From NCBI GenBank assembly GCA_050250895.1, contig JBFWNU010000004.1, positions 558,934 to 622,933 of the forward strand: a stretch of 64,000 nt of DNA, read 5' to 3'. Of the stretch, positions 47,533 through 57,746 are shown in pieces (the stretch's first letter is position 1; every line of letters begins with the position of its first letter). Below the pieces are notes generated by a model that was given only the letters and a program-made list of their open reading frames with translations, searched no databases and was not told the DNA's origin. This stretch comes from Vulcanimicrobiota bacterium (GTDB lineage: Bacteria; Vulcanimicrobiota; Xenobia; Xenobiales; JADMJV01). The translations under genes and the position numbers were made by a program.

Positions 47533-48431
47533 CTGCGAAAACCCGAATTCTGGTGCTCGAAGACGACCGCGATTTCCTCCAGGTGTTAGTCGAGAACCTC
47601 GAGGAAGAGGACTTTCCGGTGTGGGGGGCTGCCTCCAATGCCGAGGCCCTGGCCGTGGCTCAGCAGCAGACCCTCGACCTGGTCATCACCGACGTGCGCA
47701 TGGCCGGCAAGGACGGCATCGACACCCTGGCCGAACTGCGAGCCTTGCAACCCATGCTGCGCAGCATCGTCATCACCGGGTTTGCCAGCGAAGAGGCTCC
47801 CGGCCGGGCCATCCGCCAACAGGCCAGCGATTATCTCTACAAGCCGTTTCGCCTGGTCGAGCTGCTCAAGTCGATCGAGCGCACCATGCAGCACGAGCAG
47901 CAGCGCAGTCGGGCTCAAGACCTGCTGGCGCCGGTGGTAGAAGGCTATCGCAAGCTGGTGGCCGCGCTCGCCACCCTGGTCAGCAACCGCCAACTGGCGG
48001 CGGTGGAGAAGATTCGCGAGCACGCCTACAACGGCTTCTATGTCTCGGTTCGCTCCCAGGCCCTCGACGACGAACAGGCTCTGCGGGTCTGGGACGCGCT
48101 CGAAGAGCTCGAGCGCGACCGCCAGCAACTCAAGGAGGGACGCCTCGATCTGGCCTTGTGCCAGCGGCTGGTCGAGGGTTATCAGTGGACCCTCGACCTG
48201 ATGGTCGCCTACGCGCGCCAGCCTCTGGCCGCCGCCCGACCCACCGGTCCGGGCCAGGTCAGCCGCCGCCAATTCAAGCATTTCTACCAGCAGATCCAGC
48301 AGGGATGGGTGCCCATCGGGCACATGAGTCTGGCTCCCTTTCTACGCTCGCTCAATCGCTTGACCCTGAGCCAATCCCAGCAACTGGCCGCTCTCTATCA
48401 GCAGTGCTGGGGCCAACCGGAGGAGGCGTGA
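47529..48431 (+). CDS. Response regulator: REC plus an unrecognised C-terminal domain
   Basis: ILVLEDD, DVRMAG and YLYKPF motifs. Confidence 0.88.
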   Translation: MTAKTRILVLEDDRDFLQVLVENLEEEDFPVWGAASNAEALAVAQQQTLDLVITDVRMAGKDGIDTLAELRALQPMLRSIVITGFASEEAPGRAIRQQASDYLYKPFRLVELLKSIERTMQHEQQRSRAQDLLAPVVEGYRKLVAALATLVSNRQLAAVEKIREHAYNGFYVSVRSQALDDEQALRVWDALEELERDRQQLKEGRLDLALCQRLVEGYQWTLDLMVAYARQPLAAARPTGPGQVSRRQFKHFYQQIQQGWVPIGHMSLAPFLRSLNRLTLSQSQQLAALYQQCWGQPEEA

Positions 48432-50803
48432 CCGAAGAGAAGATTCGCATCCTGGTGCTCGAGGACCAGGCCGAAATGCGCACTGCCCTGGCCGAAGCCC
48501 TCGAGGACGAAGGCTACGAGGTGACGGTAGCCAGCCGGGGGGCCGAGGCGGTGGCCATGGCTAGCGCCTCGCCCTATGACCTGCTGGTCACGGATATTCG
48601 CATGGACGGCATGGACGGGCTTGAGGCCCTGCGCCGGGTGCGCGAAGAACAACCCGAAATCCACAGCATGGTGGTCACCGGCTACTCCACCGAAGAGGAC
48701 TCGATTCGGGCCATCCGCCTGGGAGCAGGGGACTATCTGAAAAAGCCCTTCAAGCTCAGCGACTTTCTCGACCGGGTCAGCCGGCTGGTGGCCGAGCGCC
48801 GAGGCCAGATCGAGCGCCTCGAGAGCGAGCAGGGCCTGCGCGAGACGACCCTGTGCCTGGGCTGGGGACTGGCCGAAGGGCTGGACCCCACCGCCTGCCT
48901 GGCCGGACGGCTGGCCGCCTGGCTGAGCCGCGAGGTAGGCCTGGCCGACCAGGAGCCGCTGGCAGCGGCCGTAGCCGCCAGCTTGAGCGCCTCGGGCAAG
49001 GCCCCTCCGGCCCTGGCCCGGTTGGGCCAGCTGAGCAAGCCGATGGAGCGATTATTACGCCAGTATGACAGCTGGAAGAAAGCCCCCCTGGGGGCCCGGG
49101 TAGTAAGCCTGGCGGTAGCCGCGGCGGCCCGCTGGGAACAGCTTGAAGACGACCCCTCGGTCAGCCGGGCCGAGGTGCTCGAGGCCGAACAGCCCGGGCG
49201 TCACGACCCCTTCTTGCTGCAACTGGTCAATCGCTTTCCCGATTCGACCGGCGATTTTCTGGCCGAGCGCCTCGACCGGGCTCCGCCCCGGGAGCGTGGC
49301 CTGCTGAGTCTGGCCCTGACCCTGGAAGAGTCGGGCGACCTGGCCGGAGCCGAGCGAGCCTACCAGCTGATCACCAGCCCCGAGCGGCGTGAGGCCGTCA
49401 GCGCCTGGCTGGGTCTGGCCCGCCTGGCCCGCCGTCAGGACCAGCTCGAGACGGCCCACCAGGCCGTGGACCGAGCCGTGCAACTGGCCCGCCGCCACGG
49501 GCCCGGAGCCAGCGGAGAGGCTCTGCTCGAAGCCGGCTTGATGGGCCTGCACTGGGGCCTGGACGCGGCCGCGCCCATGCTCGAAGAGGCCGAGACCTTG
49601 CTGGCCAGAGTTGGCTCGCAGACGGGACGAGCGCGGGCGCGACTAGCCCGTTTCGGGTTGGGCCAGGTCGAGCCCGAAGTGGCCTTGGAAGCCCTCAAGA
49701 CGCTGGGCAACCCGGGCAATTTTGGCGAGCTGATCGGGGCCGCCCAGTGGCTCTTCCCCATCTTGCTCGAAGCCCGAGCCCGCCAGCCTCATGCGCTATT
49801 AGACGGGGCCCTGAGCCGGCTGGTGCGCGAGGTTCCTCGAGTGCTCGAAGGAGCTCTCGCCAGGGGCCTTTCCGAACCGGCCCGCGAGGTGGCCTTGAAC
49901 CTGGTGGCCTCGACCGGCTTGCTGAGCCTCAAGCCGGCCGTGACCCGAATGCTGGCCGACCCCAGCCCGGCCCTGCGCGAGCGGGCCGCCGAGCTGCTCA
50001 ACCGGCTGGCCGACCAGGATGGCCCGCCCTGTCTGATGCTCTACTCGATGGGCTCGTTCGAGGTCATGCTGGGTAGCGAGCGAGTCAAAGAATCGGGCTG
50101 GAAGACGGCTAAGGTCAAGTATCTGCTGGCCTATCTGGCCTCGCGCGCAGGCCGAGCGGTGGCTGACGATCGCCTCATCGAGCTGTTCTGGCCCGGCCCT
50201 GCGGCCAAGGGCAAGCGCAACCTCAACACCGCCGTCTCGCGCCTGCGCAAGTGCCTGCGCCCAGCCGATTGGGACGACGAACTCGACTATGTGCTGCGCT
50301 CTACCGGCCAGCTCTTGATGAATCCCCAACTGGCTCGCTGGCACGACCTCGAAGAGCTAGAAAAAGCGGCCAGTCGAGCGGCCCAGCTCGAGGCGACCGG
50401 GCAAGCGGCCGAGGGCATTGCCCACCACGCCCGGGTGGCCCAGCTCTATCGCGGCCCTTATCTCGAGGAATGCTATATGGACTGGGCTTCGGCTTATCGC
50501 ACCCGACTCGAGCAGACGGCTATGCTGAGCTTTCAGAAGCTGGCCGACCACTATCTCGAGAGCCAGCCCCAACAGGCCCTGGAATACGCCCAGCGCCAGC
50601 TCGAAATCGACCCCTGCAGCCAGGAGGCTTACGCCAACATCATCCAGGCGAACATCAAGCTGGGCGCCTATCAAGAGGCGGTTCGAGCCTTCAAGACCTG
50701 CGAAAAGGTGCTCGACCGCGAACTCGGCATGGAACCCTCGGTCGAGCTGTTTCGCCTCTACCAGATGGCTCTGGTCAGCCAGAGCGGCGGCCTGATCGGG
50801 TGA
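48428..50803 (+). CDS. REC + TPR/HEAT + winged HTH + BTAD (SARP-type) regulator
   Basis: AGGAGG before GTG 48428; REC motifs; MGSFEV...LFWP....NL..AVSRLRK; LYRGPYLE...W; EIDPCSQEAY; LGMEPS. Confidence 0.88.
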   Translation: MTEEKIRILVLEDQAEMRTALAEALEDEGYEVTVASRGAEAVAMASASPYDLLVTDIRMDGMDGLEALRRVREEQPEIHSMVVTGYSTEEDSIRAIRLGAGDYLKKPFKLSDFLDRVSRLVAERRGQIERLESEQGLRETTLCLGWGLAEGLDPTACLAGRLAAWLSREVGLADQEPLAAAVAASLSASGKAPPALARLGQLSKPMERLLRQYDSWKKAPLGARVVSLAVAAAARWEQLEDDPSVSRAEVLEAEQPGRHDPFLLQLVNRFPDSTGDFLAERLDRAPPRERGLLSLALTLEESGDLAGAERAYQLITSPERREAVSAWLGLARLARRQDQLETAHQAVDRAVQLARRHGPGASGEALLEAGLMGLHWGLDAAAPMLEEAETLLARVGSQTGRARARLARFGLGQVEPEVALEALKTLGNPGNFGELIGAAQWLFPILLEARARQPHALLDGALSRLVREVPRVLEGALARGLSEPAREVALNLVASTGLLSLKPAVTRMLADPSPALRERAAELLNRLADQDGPPCLMLYSMGSFEVMLGSERVKESGWKTAKVKYLLAYLASRAGRAVADDRLIELFWPGPAAKGKRNLNTAVSRLRKCLRPADWDDELDYVLRSTGQLLMNPQLARWHDLEELEKAASRAAQLEATGQAAEGIAHHARVAQLYRGPYLEECYMDWASAYRTRLEQTAMLSFQKLADHYLESQPQQALEYAQRQLEIDPCSQEAYANIIQANIKLGAYQEAVRAFKTCEKVLDRELGMEPSVELFRLYQMALVSQSGGLIG

Positions 50804-50843
50804 GCCCCCAGGCTAAGCTGGCCAGGAGCTAGAAAGAGCCGGA

Positions 50844-53800
50844 ATGACCTTTCGCCGGCTACTGACTTGCCTGGCTCTGTTGTGCTTGGCGGTCTTTCCG
50901 GCCCGGGCCGAAGCTCCCGAACTGGTGCTGCAGCTGGGGCACTCCAGACCTCTCACCACGGCTGCCTTCAGCCCCGACGGCACCAGCCTGCTGACCGGCA
51001 GCAACGACGGCAGCGCCCGCCTGTGGGACCTGGCCAGCGGCCGCTCGTTGCTGGCCGTCTATCCCGGCGCGCTCGAGGCCAAGCAGGACCTGACTCCGGA
51101 GGAAGTCCTGGGACAATACTCGGAAGGTGTGACCGGAGTCGCCTTTCGGCCCGATGGACGAGCCTTTGCCACCGCCACCCGACCGGGTCAGATTCAGGTC
51201 TGGGACGCGGCCAACGGCCGCCAGCTGGCCTCTTGGACCAGTCAACCCAACCTGATCTCGCTTGATTTTAGCCGCCAGGGCGACAGCCTGGCGGTGGCCA
51301 ACTCCCACGGGCAGATCACCGTCTTCGATGCGGCTACCGGCAAACAGCGCTTCCAGCTGAGCCACGGCAAAGCGGCGCTGCGGGCCATCTATACTCCCGA
51401 CGGACAGCTGGCCAGCTTCGGTCTGGATCGCGAGGTCAAGCTGTGGGACCCGGCCACGGGCGCTCCGGCCGAGACCTTCGCCGCGCCTGGGCTTTACGTC
51501 ACGGCGGCAGCCTTTTCCAAGGCCGGCCGCCTGGCCGTGGCCGGCCCACGCAGCCTCATTGTCTATCCCGACAAGAAGGTTCTGCGTCTGAGCAAAGTCG
51601 AGGGGTTGGCCTTTGCCCCCGACGGCAAAACGCTGCTGGTCACCAGCCAGGAGCGCCTGCAACGCGTGGATGTGGCCACCGGCTCGGTGTTGGGTCAGGC
51701 CCCCAGTAGCCCGGTCGCCAAAGGCCTGGTGGTCAGCCCTGACGGTAGCCGGGCGGCGACCTCGACCAGGACTCCCGACGTGCTGGTCTGGGACACCCGT
51801 CAATTCGGGCTGGTCGGCACCTTCCAGGGGCGCGAATCGAGCTGGCCGGCTCCGCTGGCCTTCTCGGCTGACGGGCGCAGGCTGGCCGCCGGCTCGGGTT
51901 CGGTTCTTTCTGTGTTTAACCTCGATGGCGGCCGACTCGAACTGGTCCACGACCTGCCCGGCGCGATCTCGGCCGTAGACCTCTCCAAAAACGGGCGCTG
52001 GCTGGCCGCGGCCACCCGCCAGGGAGCTGTCTGGCTGTGGTCCATCGAAGACGACAAACAAGTGGCCATGGTTGCCCCCGATGCCAGTTATCGCGAAAAG
52101 GATCAGGCCCTCAGCGGGTTGAGCTTTAGCCCCGACGACTCGCTGTTGGCTGTCCATGGCGCCCACGGCATTCGCCTGCTCGAGGTGCCCACTGGTGCTA
52201 CCCGCCTCAAATTCTCGGCCCACCACGGTCTGATCACCGGCCTCTGCGTCACTCCCCGAGGCTTTGCCAGCTGCGACCTCGAGGGGCGAGTCCTCCATTG
52301 GGACAAGACCGGAAAAATCCTCGAAGAGTTCAAGCTCGACGGCCCGGCGCTCTCGGTAGCCGCTGACAAAGACGGCCAGCTGGCAGTCGCCGGCCCCGAT
52401 AAGATCACCTTTCCCGGCAGCAACCGCTCGGCTCTGCCCGGCTCTTTTCCTGTCCAACTGCGATTCTCCGACGACGGCAAGCTCGGCTGGGTCGAGGGCA
52501 AGACGGTCGTGCACGATGGCCAACGACTAGAGCATGCCAGCCCGGTGAGCGGCTTTGCCACCCAGCCCGGGGGTGGCCTGCTGGTCACCCACGCCAAGGA
52601 CGAGCAATTCCGCTTCTGGTCGGCCGGCGGTCAGCTGCTGGCCACCCTGGCCACGCCGTCCTCGACAGAATGGGTGGCCTTCGACCCTCAGGGCCGATTC
52701 GACGGCTCGACGGCCGGCCAACAGCGCCTCGAATGGCGCATCAAAGACCGCCTTTTCGCCCTCGAGCAGTTCTACAACCAGTTCTTCACCCCCGGCTTGC
52801 TGGGGCAACTGGGCGCCCAAAGGCCGGCTCCCGAACGCTCGGTCGAGGGGCTGGCCCCGCCCCCGCGCGTTCGCATCCTCTCGCCAGAACCCGGTCAGAA
52901 GATCGACGCGCCCAAAGTGACCGTCAGGGTCGAATTCACGGACCAGGGCGGCGGCATCGCTTCTCCGAGCCTGTATCTCAACGACAGCCGCGCCCCGGCG
53001 CCATACAATCAGGGCCAGTTCGAGGTGCAACTGGTGCCCGGCAGCAATGTCATTCGGGTCACGGCCACCAATCGCGACGGCACCGTCGAGAGCCGCCCCG
53101 ACCGCATTCGGCTCGAGTGCACCTCGGCTGCGGCCGCCCCTCGCCTGCATGTGCTGGCGGTGGGTATCGATCGCTACCAGGCCGGGATGAACCTCTCCTT
53201 CGCCCGGGCCGACGCCCTGGCCATCGGCAGCTTTTTCAAGCCCGGTCTGTTCGCGGCCGTCCAGGCCGACGCCCTCACCGATGAGCAGGCCACCCGCCAG
53301 GCGGTGCTGTCAGCCCTGGCCCGGCTCAAAGCGACAGCCCCCCAGGACACCGTGCTGGTCTATCTGGCCGGCCACGGAACCACCATCGGAGACGTGTTCT
53401 ACTTCATGCCTTCAGACGCCCGAGTGGACACTGACCAGAGCCTGCGCCAGACTTGCCTGTCCTCGACCGAACTCGGCCAGGCGCTCGACGACATCCCGGC
53501 TACCAAGCAGATCCTGGTGCTCGACGCCTGCCACTCGGGGGCTAGCAATAAGGCCCTCTCGCGCCTGGTCGGCGCCCGCGACCCCATGACCCGCATTCGC
53601 GCCCAGCAAAGACTGGCCCGCAGCAGCGGGGTCTTTCTCATCGCCGCCTCCACCGCCGAGCAGGCCGCCAAGGAATACCCCGAATTGGGCCACGGAGTGC
53701 TCACCTACGCCATCCTGCGAGCCCTGGGCGAAGGCGGCCGGCCCGAGGCCCTCGATGACGAAGGTGTGGTCACGGCCAATTCGCTTTTGACCTACGTGGC

Positions 53801-53897
53801 CCGCGAGGTGCCCCGGCTGACCCGCAAGTTCCAGGGCAGCGAGCAGATTCCCGTGCAGTTTAGCACCGGCCAGGACTTCCCCCTGATCACACCGTGA
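50844..53897 (+). CDS. Exported WD40-repeat protein with a C-terminal caspase (C14) domain
   Basis: Signal peptide; GH...FSPDG..L.TGS.D...RLWD repeats; YLAGHG and LDACHSG catalytic dyad. Confidence 0.9.
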   Translation: MTFRRLLTCLALLCLAVFPARAEAPELVLQLGHSRPLTTAAFSPDGTSLLTGSNDGSARLWDLASGRSLLAVYPGALEAKQDLTPEEVLGQYSEGVTGVAFRPDGRAFATATRPGQIQVWDAANGRQLASWTSQPNLISLDFSRQGDSLAVANSHGQITVFDAATGKQRFQLSHGKAALRAIYTPDGQLASFGLDREVKLWDPATGAPAETFAAPGLYVTAAAFSKAGRLAVAGPRSLIVYPDKKVLRLSKVEGLAFAPDGKTLLVTSQERLQRVDVATGSVLGQAPSSPVAKGLVVSPDGSRAATSTRTPDVLVWDTRQFGLVGTFQGRESSWPAPLAFSADGRRLAAGSGSVLSVFNLDGGRLELVHDLPGAISAVDLSKNGRWLAAATRQGAVWLWSIEDDKQVAMVAPDASYREKDQALSGLSFSPDDSLLAVHGAHGIRLLEVPTGATRLKFSAHHGLITGLCVTPRGFASCDLEGRVLHWDKTGKILEEFKLDGPALSVAADKDGQLAVAGPDKITFPGSNRSALPGSFPVQLRFSDDGKLGWVEGKTVVHDGQRLEHASPVSGFATQPGGGLLVTHAKDEQFRFWSAGGQLLATLATPSSTEWVAFDPQGRFDGSTAGQQRLEWRIKDRLFALEQFYNQFFTPGLLGQLGAQRPAPERSVEGLAPPPRVRILSPEPGQKIDAPKVTVRVEFTDQGGGIASPSLYLNDSRAPAPYNQGQFEVQLVPGSNVIRVTATNRDGTVESRPDRIRLECTSAAAAPRLHVLAVGIDRYQAGMNLSFARADALAIGSFFKPGLFAAVQADALTDEQATRQAVLSALARLKATAPQDTVLVYLAGHGTTIGDVFYFMPSDARVDTDQSLRQTCLSSTELGQALDDIPATKQILVLDACHSGASNKALSRLVGARDPMTRIRAQQRLARSSGVFLIAASTAEQAAKEYPELGHGVLTYAILRALGEGGRPEALDDEGVVTANSLLTYVAREVPRLTRKFQGSEQIPVQFSTGQDFPLITP

Positions 53898-53921
53898 ACC
53901 CGGCTTCGGCCCCTTCACACC
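53893..53921. repeat. 29-bp direct repeat, left copy (right copy 54818-54846), flanking the TA module
   Basis: CGTGAACCCGGCTTyGGyCmCTTCACACC, 3 mismatches. Confidence 0.8.
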
Positions 53922-53926
53922 TAGCC

Positions 53927-53955
53927 TTGACACAGAATATGTGCGCACGTATCAT
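53927..53955 (+). promoter_or_regulatory. Sigma70-type promoter TTGACA-N17-TATCAT, leaderless to ATG 53962
   Basis: Consensus elements; GTGCGCAC palindrome in the spacer may be an operator. Confidence 0.8.
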
Positions 53956-53961
53956 GTGTGC

Positions 53962-54177
53962 ATGAATATCACCCTCTCCGTCGACGAAGGGCTGCTAAAA
54001 CGGGCTCGCGTGGCGGCCAAGGCCATGGGAAAGAGCCTCAACCAGTTGATTCGAGAGTACCTCGAGGAAATTTCAGGGACCGACGATCGGCAAGCGCTAG
54101 TCGACGAATTGAACGAGTTGAGGGCTAAGGGAGACTCGGGCGGTTGGCAGTTCAACCGCGAGGAACTCTATGACTGA
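53962..54177 (+). CDS. RHH-type antitoxin (VapB/DUF6364-like)
   Basis: MNITLSVDE.LL.RAR..A...GKSLNQLIREYLE; overlaps the PIN gene. Confidence 0.85.
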   Translation: MNITLSVDEGLLKRARVAAKAMGKSLNQLIREYLEEISGTDDRQALVDELNELRAKGDSGGWQFNREELYD

Positions 54178-54583
54178 GCGCTCCTTCGTCGACACGAATG
54201 TCCTGGTCTACGCCGCCGACCGCTCGGCCGGGGCAAAGCAAAGAGTCGCGGCTGAGCTGTTAGACTCGGGAATCTTGTCGGGAAAGATCGTGTTCTCGAT
54301 TCAAGTTTTCCAAGAATACTTCTCTGCCTGCATCAAGAAACTCCAAGTCGACCCCGCCATCGCCAGAAGAACCATCGAACTCTATGGTCAGCAGTCGGTC
54401 GTGCTTCCCGATGTCGATGACATCCTACAGGCCATCGATCTTCACCGGCTCCATCAACTATCGGTCTGGGACGCCCTGATCGTGCGCGCCGCCATCCGAG
54501 GACAGTGCAAGGTCCTGTATACTGAAGACCTTCAGCATCGCCAGGTCTTTCAGGGCCTGAGAGTAGTCAACCCATTCGTCTAG
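54170..54583 (+). CDS. vapC: PIN-domain toxin
   Basis: FVDTNVLVYA...E...S.WDALI..AA......LYTEDL...VNPF. Confidence 0.9.
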   Translation: MTERSFVDTNVLVYAADRSAGAKQRVAAELLDSGILSGKIVFSIQVFQEYFSACIKKLQVDPAIARRTIELYGQQSVVLPDVDDILQAIDLHRLHQLSVWDALIVRAAIRGQCKVLYTEDLQHRQVFQGLRVVNPFV

Positions 54584-55022
54584 CCTCGGCCCAGGGACAG
54601 CCTCCGATCGGTGGTGTGCGTCTTGGGATGGGACTCATCGACATTGGGCGCCGAGATGCTGGGTCGGCGTGGCGAGTTGTGCGCCGCACAAATCGATTCG
54701 ATGGTGGGTACGGCGCACATCGGGCAGGCCCGGCATTACCTACTCCGTGTTCTCCTGATCTCCGTGTTCCATTCGTCAAACACCAACGTCGCCAGTCTCA
54801 GACAACCCTTCACCCTGCGTGAACCCGGCTTTGGTCACTTCACACCGTGAAAATCGCGGCGTACTCGCCTGGCCAGGTCACTTCCAGCTGGAAGCACCAC
54901 CGGCTGCACTACCCCTGCCAACACGACCCCCTCGGCGCCTTCCCGTCTCGGCGGTTTTCACGGAGAGCGCCCACCTCGCAGTATACTGTGCCCTACCGGG
55001 TCCTCCGCGTAGTGCGAACCGC

Positions 55023-57191
55023 TCATAGTTCGTGGGTGGAGAGATTGGTCATCTGGACGCTGACCGGGGCGGACGGCATCCACGAGGTGAGATAAGCCGG
55101 ATCGAAGGTCAGGTCGACCGAATCGGCGGTCAGGTAGATGTTGCCCTGGCCAGCCACCGGGGGGGCCGAGGGGTCGCCGCCGTAGGCCACCATCGCCCCC
55201 CGCAGGTCAAATTTGCGACCCGCGTGCTTCTCGCCACCGACCTGGACGGTGATGTTCTTCCAGCTGTAGACGATGCCCTTGAGCTTGACGTCGACATAGT
55301 CATAGAGGGTGGGATCGTCGTCGTGGGGGCGCAGGGTGGAAATGAAGATGTCGTCGCGGGCATAGAGGCTGACGCCCGCGCGCTCGGCATCAGGATCGGC
55401 CGAGAGGTCGACTCCCACACCCACGATGCGAATCTGGCCACCGGCCTTGATCGAAGCGTTCTCGCCCGAGAGGTCGGCCCCGAAGCGGATGTCGCCATTG
55501 CCACTGGTCGAGAGCGAGGCCGGCCCGCCATCGGCACCCTCGAAGCGCACCTCGAAATCCTGGGGGGCTAACGAGTCGGTGGCCGCCCCCAGATTGAGTG
55601 TCTCCATGGTGCGTCCCGTGCCCGGGTTGGCCACGAAGTCGTCAAAGGCGGCCGGATCGATGGCATACCAGTCCGAACCCTGCGGGTTGAGAAGGTGACC
55701 GTTCGGCGCCGTGGTCGAGTGCAGCTTGCCGCCGCCGAAGAGATAGGTCACGGCTTGATCACCACTGCCGTAGACGGTCATGGTGTTCTTATCCCAATGG
55801 ATGCCGTTGCCGCCTGGGCCCGAGAAATCGCCAACAGGGGCAAGGGTCTTGAGCATCTCGTGAATCTCGGAGCCGTCGTTCCAGTCATTGATGCCGATAT
55901 AGTTAGCGGCGGCGGTGGCATAATCGTTGGGTGCGCCGTAGGGCAGCGGCGGACGACTGGGGTTAGAGGCATCCTCGGCCACTCCGCTGCGGGGAATGAT
56001 CGTCAGATCCTCGACCGGGTGGTTGGGGTCGCCCACCGGCGTCACGTCGACCTCGGTGGTGACCGCGAAGACCTTCTTGCCGTCGGCCTCGTGAAACGAG
56101 ACGGCCCCGGTCAGGTTGACGATGGTGCCCTCGTCGCTGGGATCGGCCTGGATGCGGGCCTCGTAGTCTTCCCAATTGTCGGGATAGTAGTGGACCTGCC
56201 CGTCGGCCTCCCAAAAGACATAGACGCCGGCCGGCAGCGTGCCGTCACCCGGTTCGTCGAGGTCATCCCAGGCCAGTTGATAAAAGGCGTCGCCGGCCTC
56301 TTCCAGAGCCTTGCTGATGTGGTCGGTGTCGAAGTTCGCCTTGACGGTGCCGCCAGCCAACACCTCGGCGCTGGCGGCCGTACGCAAGTTTTCTCCTGGC
56401 CCATCCACGGTGAGGTCGTTCTTGACCCGCACCCGGGTGGGCTGGTCACTGCCGACGCTGGCCAGGTTCAAAGGAGCGGTCCCCGTCAGGTCGGTTACAA
56501 AGTCTCCGGCCGACATCAACACGGCTCCGTTCACGTCTCCCTCGAGCTCGAGATCGCCCACGCCACACAAGGACTCGATGGTCAGGTGAGCGCGAATCGC
56601 CTGCAGAGGGGGATTTGGGTTGGCGGCGTCGGCCACCGAAAGCTGGGGCGAGACCCGGCCTTCGATCAGCAGCGCTACGCAGTGCTCGGGCACCTCGTGA
56701 TCGGCTGTGCCGTTGACGGAATAGTTCGCGCCGTTGGCGATGGGCAGAACCACCGGCCCGCTGCCCAACAGGTTGTTGACCGAGACATAAGGGGTATCGA
56801 AGCGCAATTCGGCCGGAGGGTCGTCAAGATCGTCGCCCCCACCGCCGCCGTCTTGATGGTTGAAGCGAATCCGAAACTGTGCGGTGCGGCCCGAACCGTC
56901 GCGCAACAGACCAACCACGTTACCGTCTCGCTCGACCACCACCAGGTCGGGGGTGTCGACCACGGTGCCGTTGCCGTCGCCGCGCCAGGTCGGATTTTCT
57001 TCGAGCCGGGTCATGGCGTAGGCCAGTCCCGAACGGGCCGCCCCTCGGGCCGCTTTGTAGTCGGCCTCATTGCGAATAAGGCCCAACTGGCCCGGGTTGA
57101 GAGAGGCCGCCGCGCCGACGAACATTGCGATCAAGAGAGTCAGCAAGAGAACGGCGACGATGACGATGCCACGAGATCCAGACCTAATCAC
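55023..57191 (-). CDS. Large PilX-like minor pilin or adhesin
   Basis: SRG-IVIVAVLLL class III-like signal, A...ARSG..YA...L motif, long acidic beta-rich C-terminus. Confidence 0.75.
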   Translation of the reverse strand: MIRSGSRGIVIVAVLLLTLLIAMFVGAAASLNPGQLGLIRNEADYKAARGAARSGLAYAMTRLEENPTWRGDGNGTVVDTPDLVVVERDGNVVGLLRDGSGRTAQFRIRFNHQDGGGGGDDLDDPPAELRFDTPYVSVNNLLGSGPVVLPIANGANYSVNGTADHEVPEHCVALLIEGRVSPQLSVADAANPNPPLQAIRAHLTIESLCGVGDLELEGDVNGAVLMSAGDFVTDLTGTAPLNLASVGSDQPTRVRVKNDLTVDGPGENLRTAASAEVLAGGTVKANFDTDHISKALEEAGDAFYQLAWDDLDEPGDGTLPAGVYVFWEADGQVHYYPDNWEDYEARIQADPSDEGTIVNLTGAVSFHEADGKKVFAVTTEVDVTPVGDPNHPVEDLTIIPRSGVAEDASNPSRPPLPYGAPNDYATAAANYIGINDWNDGSEIHEMLKTLAPVGDFSGPGGNGIHWDKNTMTVYGSGDQAVTYLFGGGKLHSTTAPNGHLLNPQGSDWYAIDPAAFDDFVANPGTGRTMETLNLGAATDSLAPQDFEVRFEGADGGPASLSTSGNGDIRFGADLSGENASIKAGGQIRIVGVGVDLSADPDAERAGVSLYARDDIFISTLRPHDDDPTLYDYVDVKLKGIVYSWKNITVQVGGEKHAGRKFDLRGAMVAYGGDPSAPPVAGQGNIYLTADSVDLTFDPAYLTSWMPSAPVSVQMTNLSTHEL

Positions 57192-57236
57192 CCCAATAGT
57201 ATAACCCCTGAAAGTCGAATCTGCTATAATTTGGCG

Positions 57237-57746
57237 ATGAAGGTGGGGACGCGCGGGTTCACTCTGTTGGAGGTCCTGCTGGCCATTGGCTTAGCGGCCG
57301 TGGTCGTGCTTACCCTTTTGGCCCTGGGGGCTCAATCGCTCCGGGCCTCACAAAAGAGTGGCGATAGCGACAAGGCGCTGATGGTGGCCGACAACGTGCT
57401 CGAACGGGTGGTGGCCCACGTCAAAGCCGACGACCCCGCGGGTTGCCGCGATAGTTTTTGGAACGACGCGGGCACGGCGCCCTGGATCCCACCCTGGGAC
57501 GCCAACACATCGGTAACCGTCGAGGGAACCGAATACCGCTACACCATTTTTACCTCGAGGGTCACCAACCAGCTCAATGGCCAGGTCTTGGGAACCGGAC
57601 CGGCCGGTAGCGAGGTGCCTGACAATGGTCTCAAGAAGGTCGACATCGTGGTGGAATGGTGGGACGAACCCAACGGCAGTCATCAGGGCTACGGCCTGCT
57701 CGAGGTACGGCTGACGCGCCTGGTGAAGCGGCCCCGTGAAAGCTAG
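57237..57746 (+). CDS. Prepilin-type minor pilin (PilV-like)
   Basis: MKVGTRG-FTLLEVLLA; TGcTATAAT 6 nt upstream. Confidence 0.85.
   Translation: MKVGTRGFTLLEVLLAIGLAAVVVLTLLALGAQSLRASQKSGDSDKALMVADNVLERVVAHVKADDPAGCRDSFWNDAGTAPWIPPWDANTSVTVEGTEYRYTIFTSRVTNQLNGQVLGTGPAGSEVPDNGLKKVDIVVEWWDEPNGSHQGYGLLEVRLTRLVKRPRES

Noticed and set aside
44467-48427. Long N-terminal extensions of ORFs 44467 and 47621 (likewise 19947, 20756 and 55695) read as fusion proteins
   Set aside because: They overlap real genes in another frame or strand; better starts are 45142, 48428, 20226, 20876 and 57237
54590-55020. Small ORFs downstream of vapC
   Set aside because: No motifs, RBS or typical codon pattern; probably non-coding or decayed
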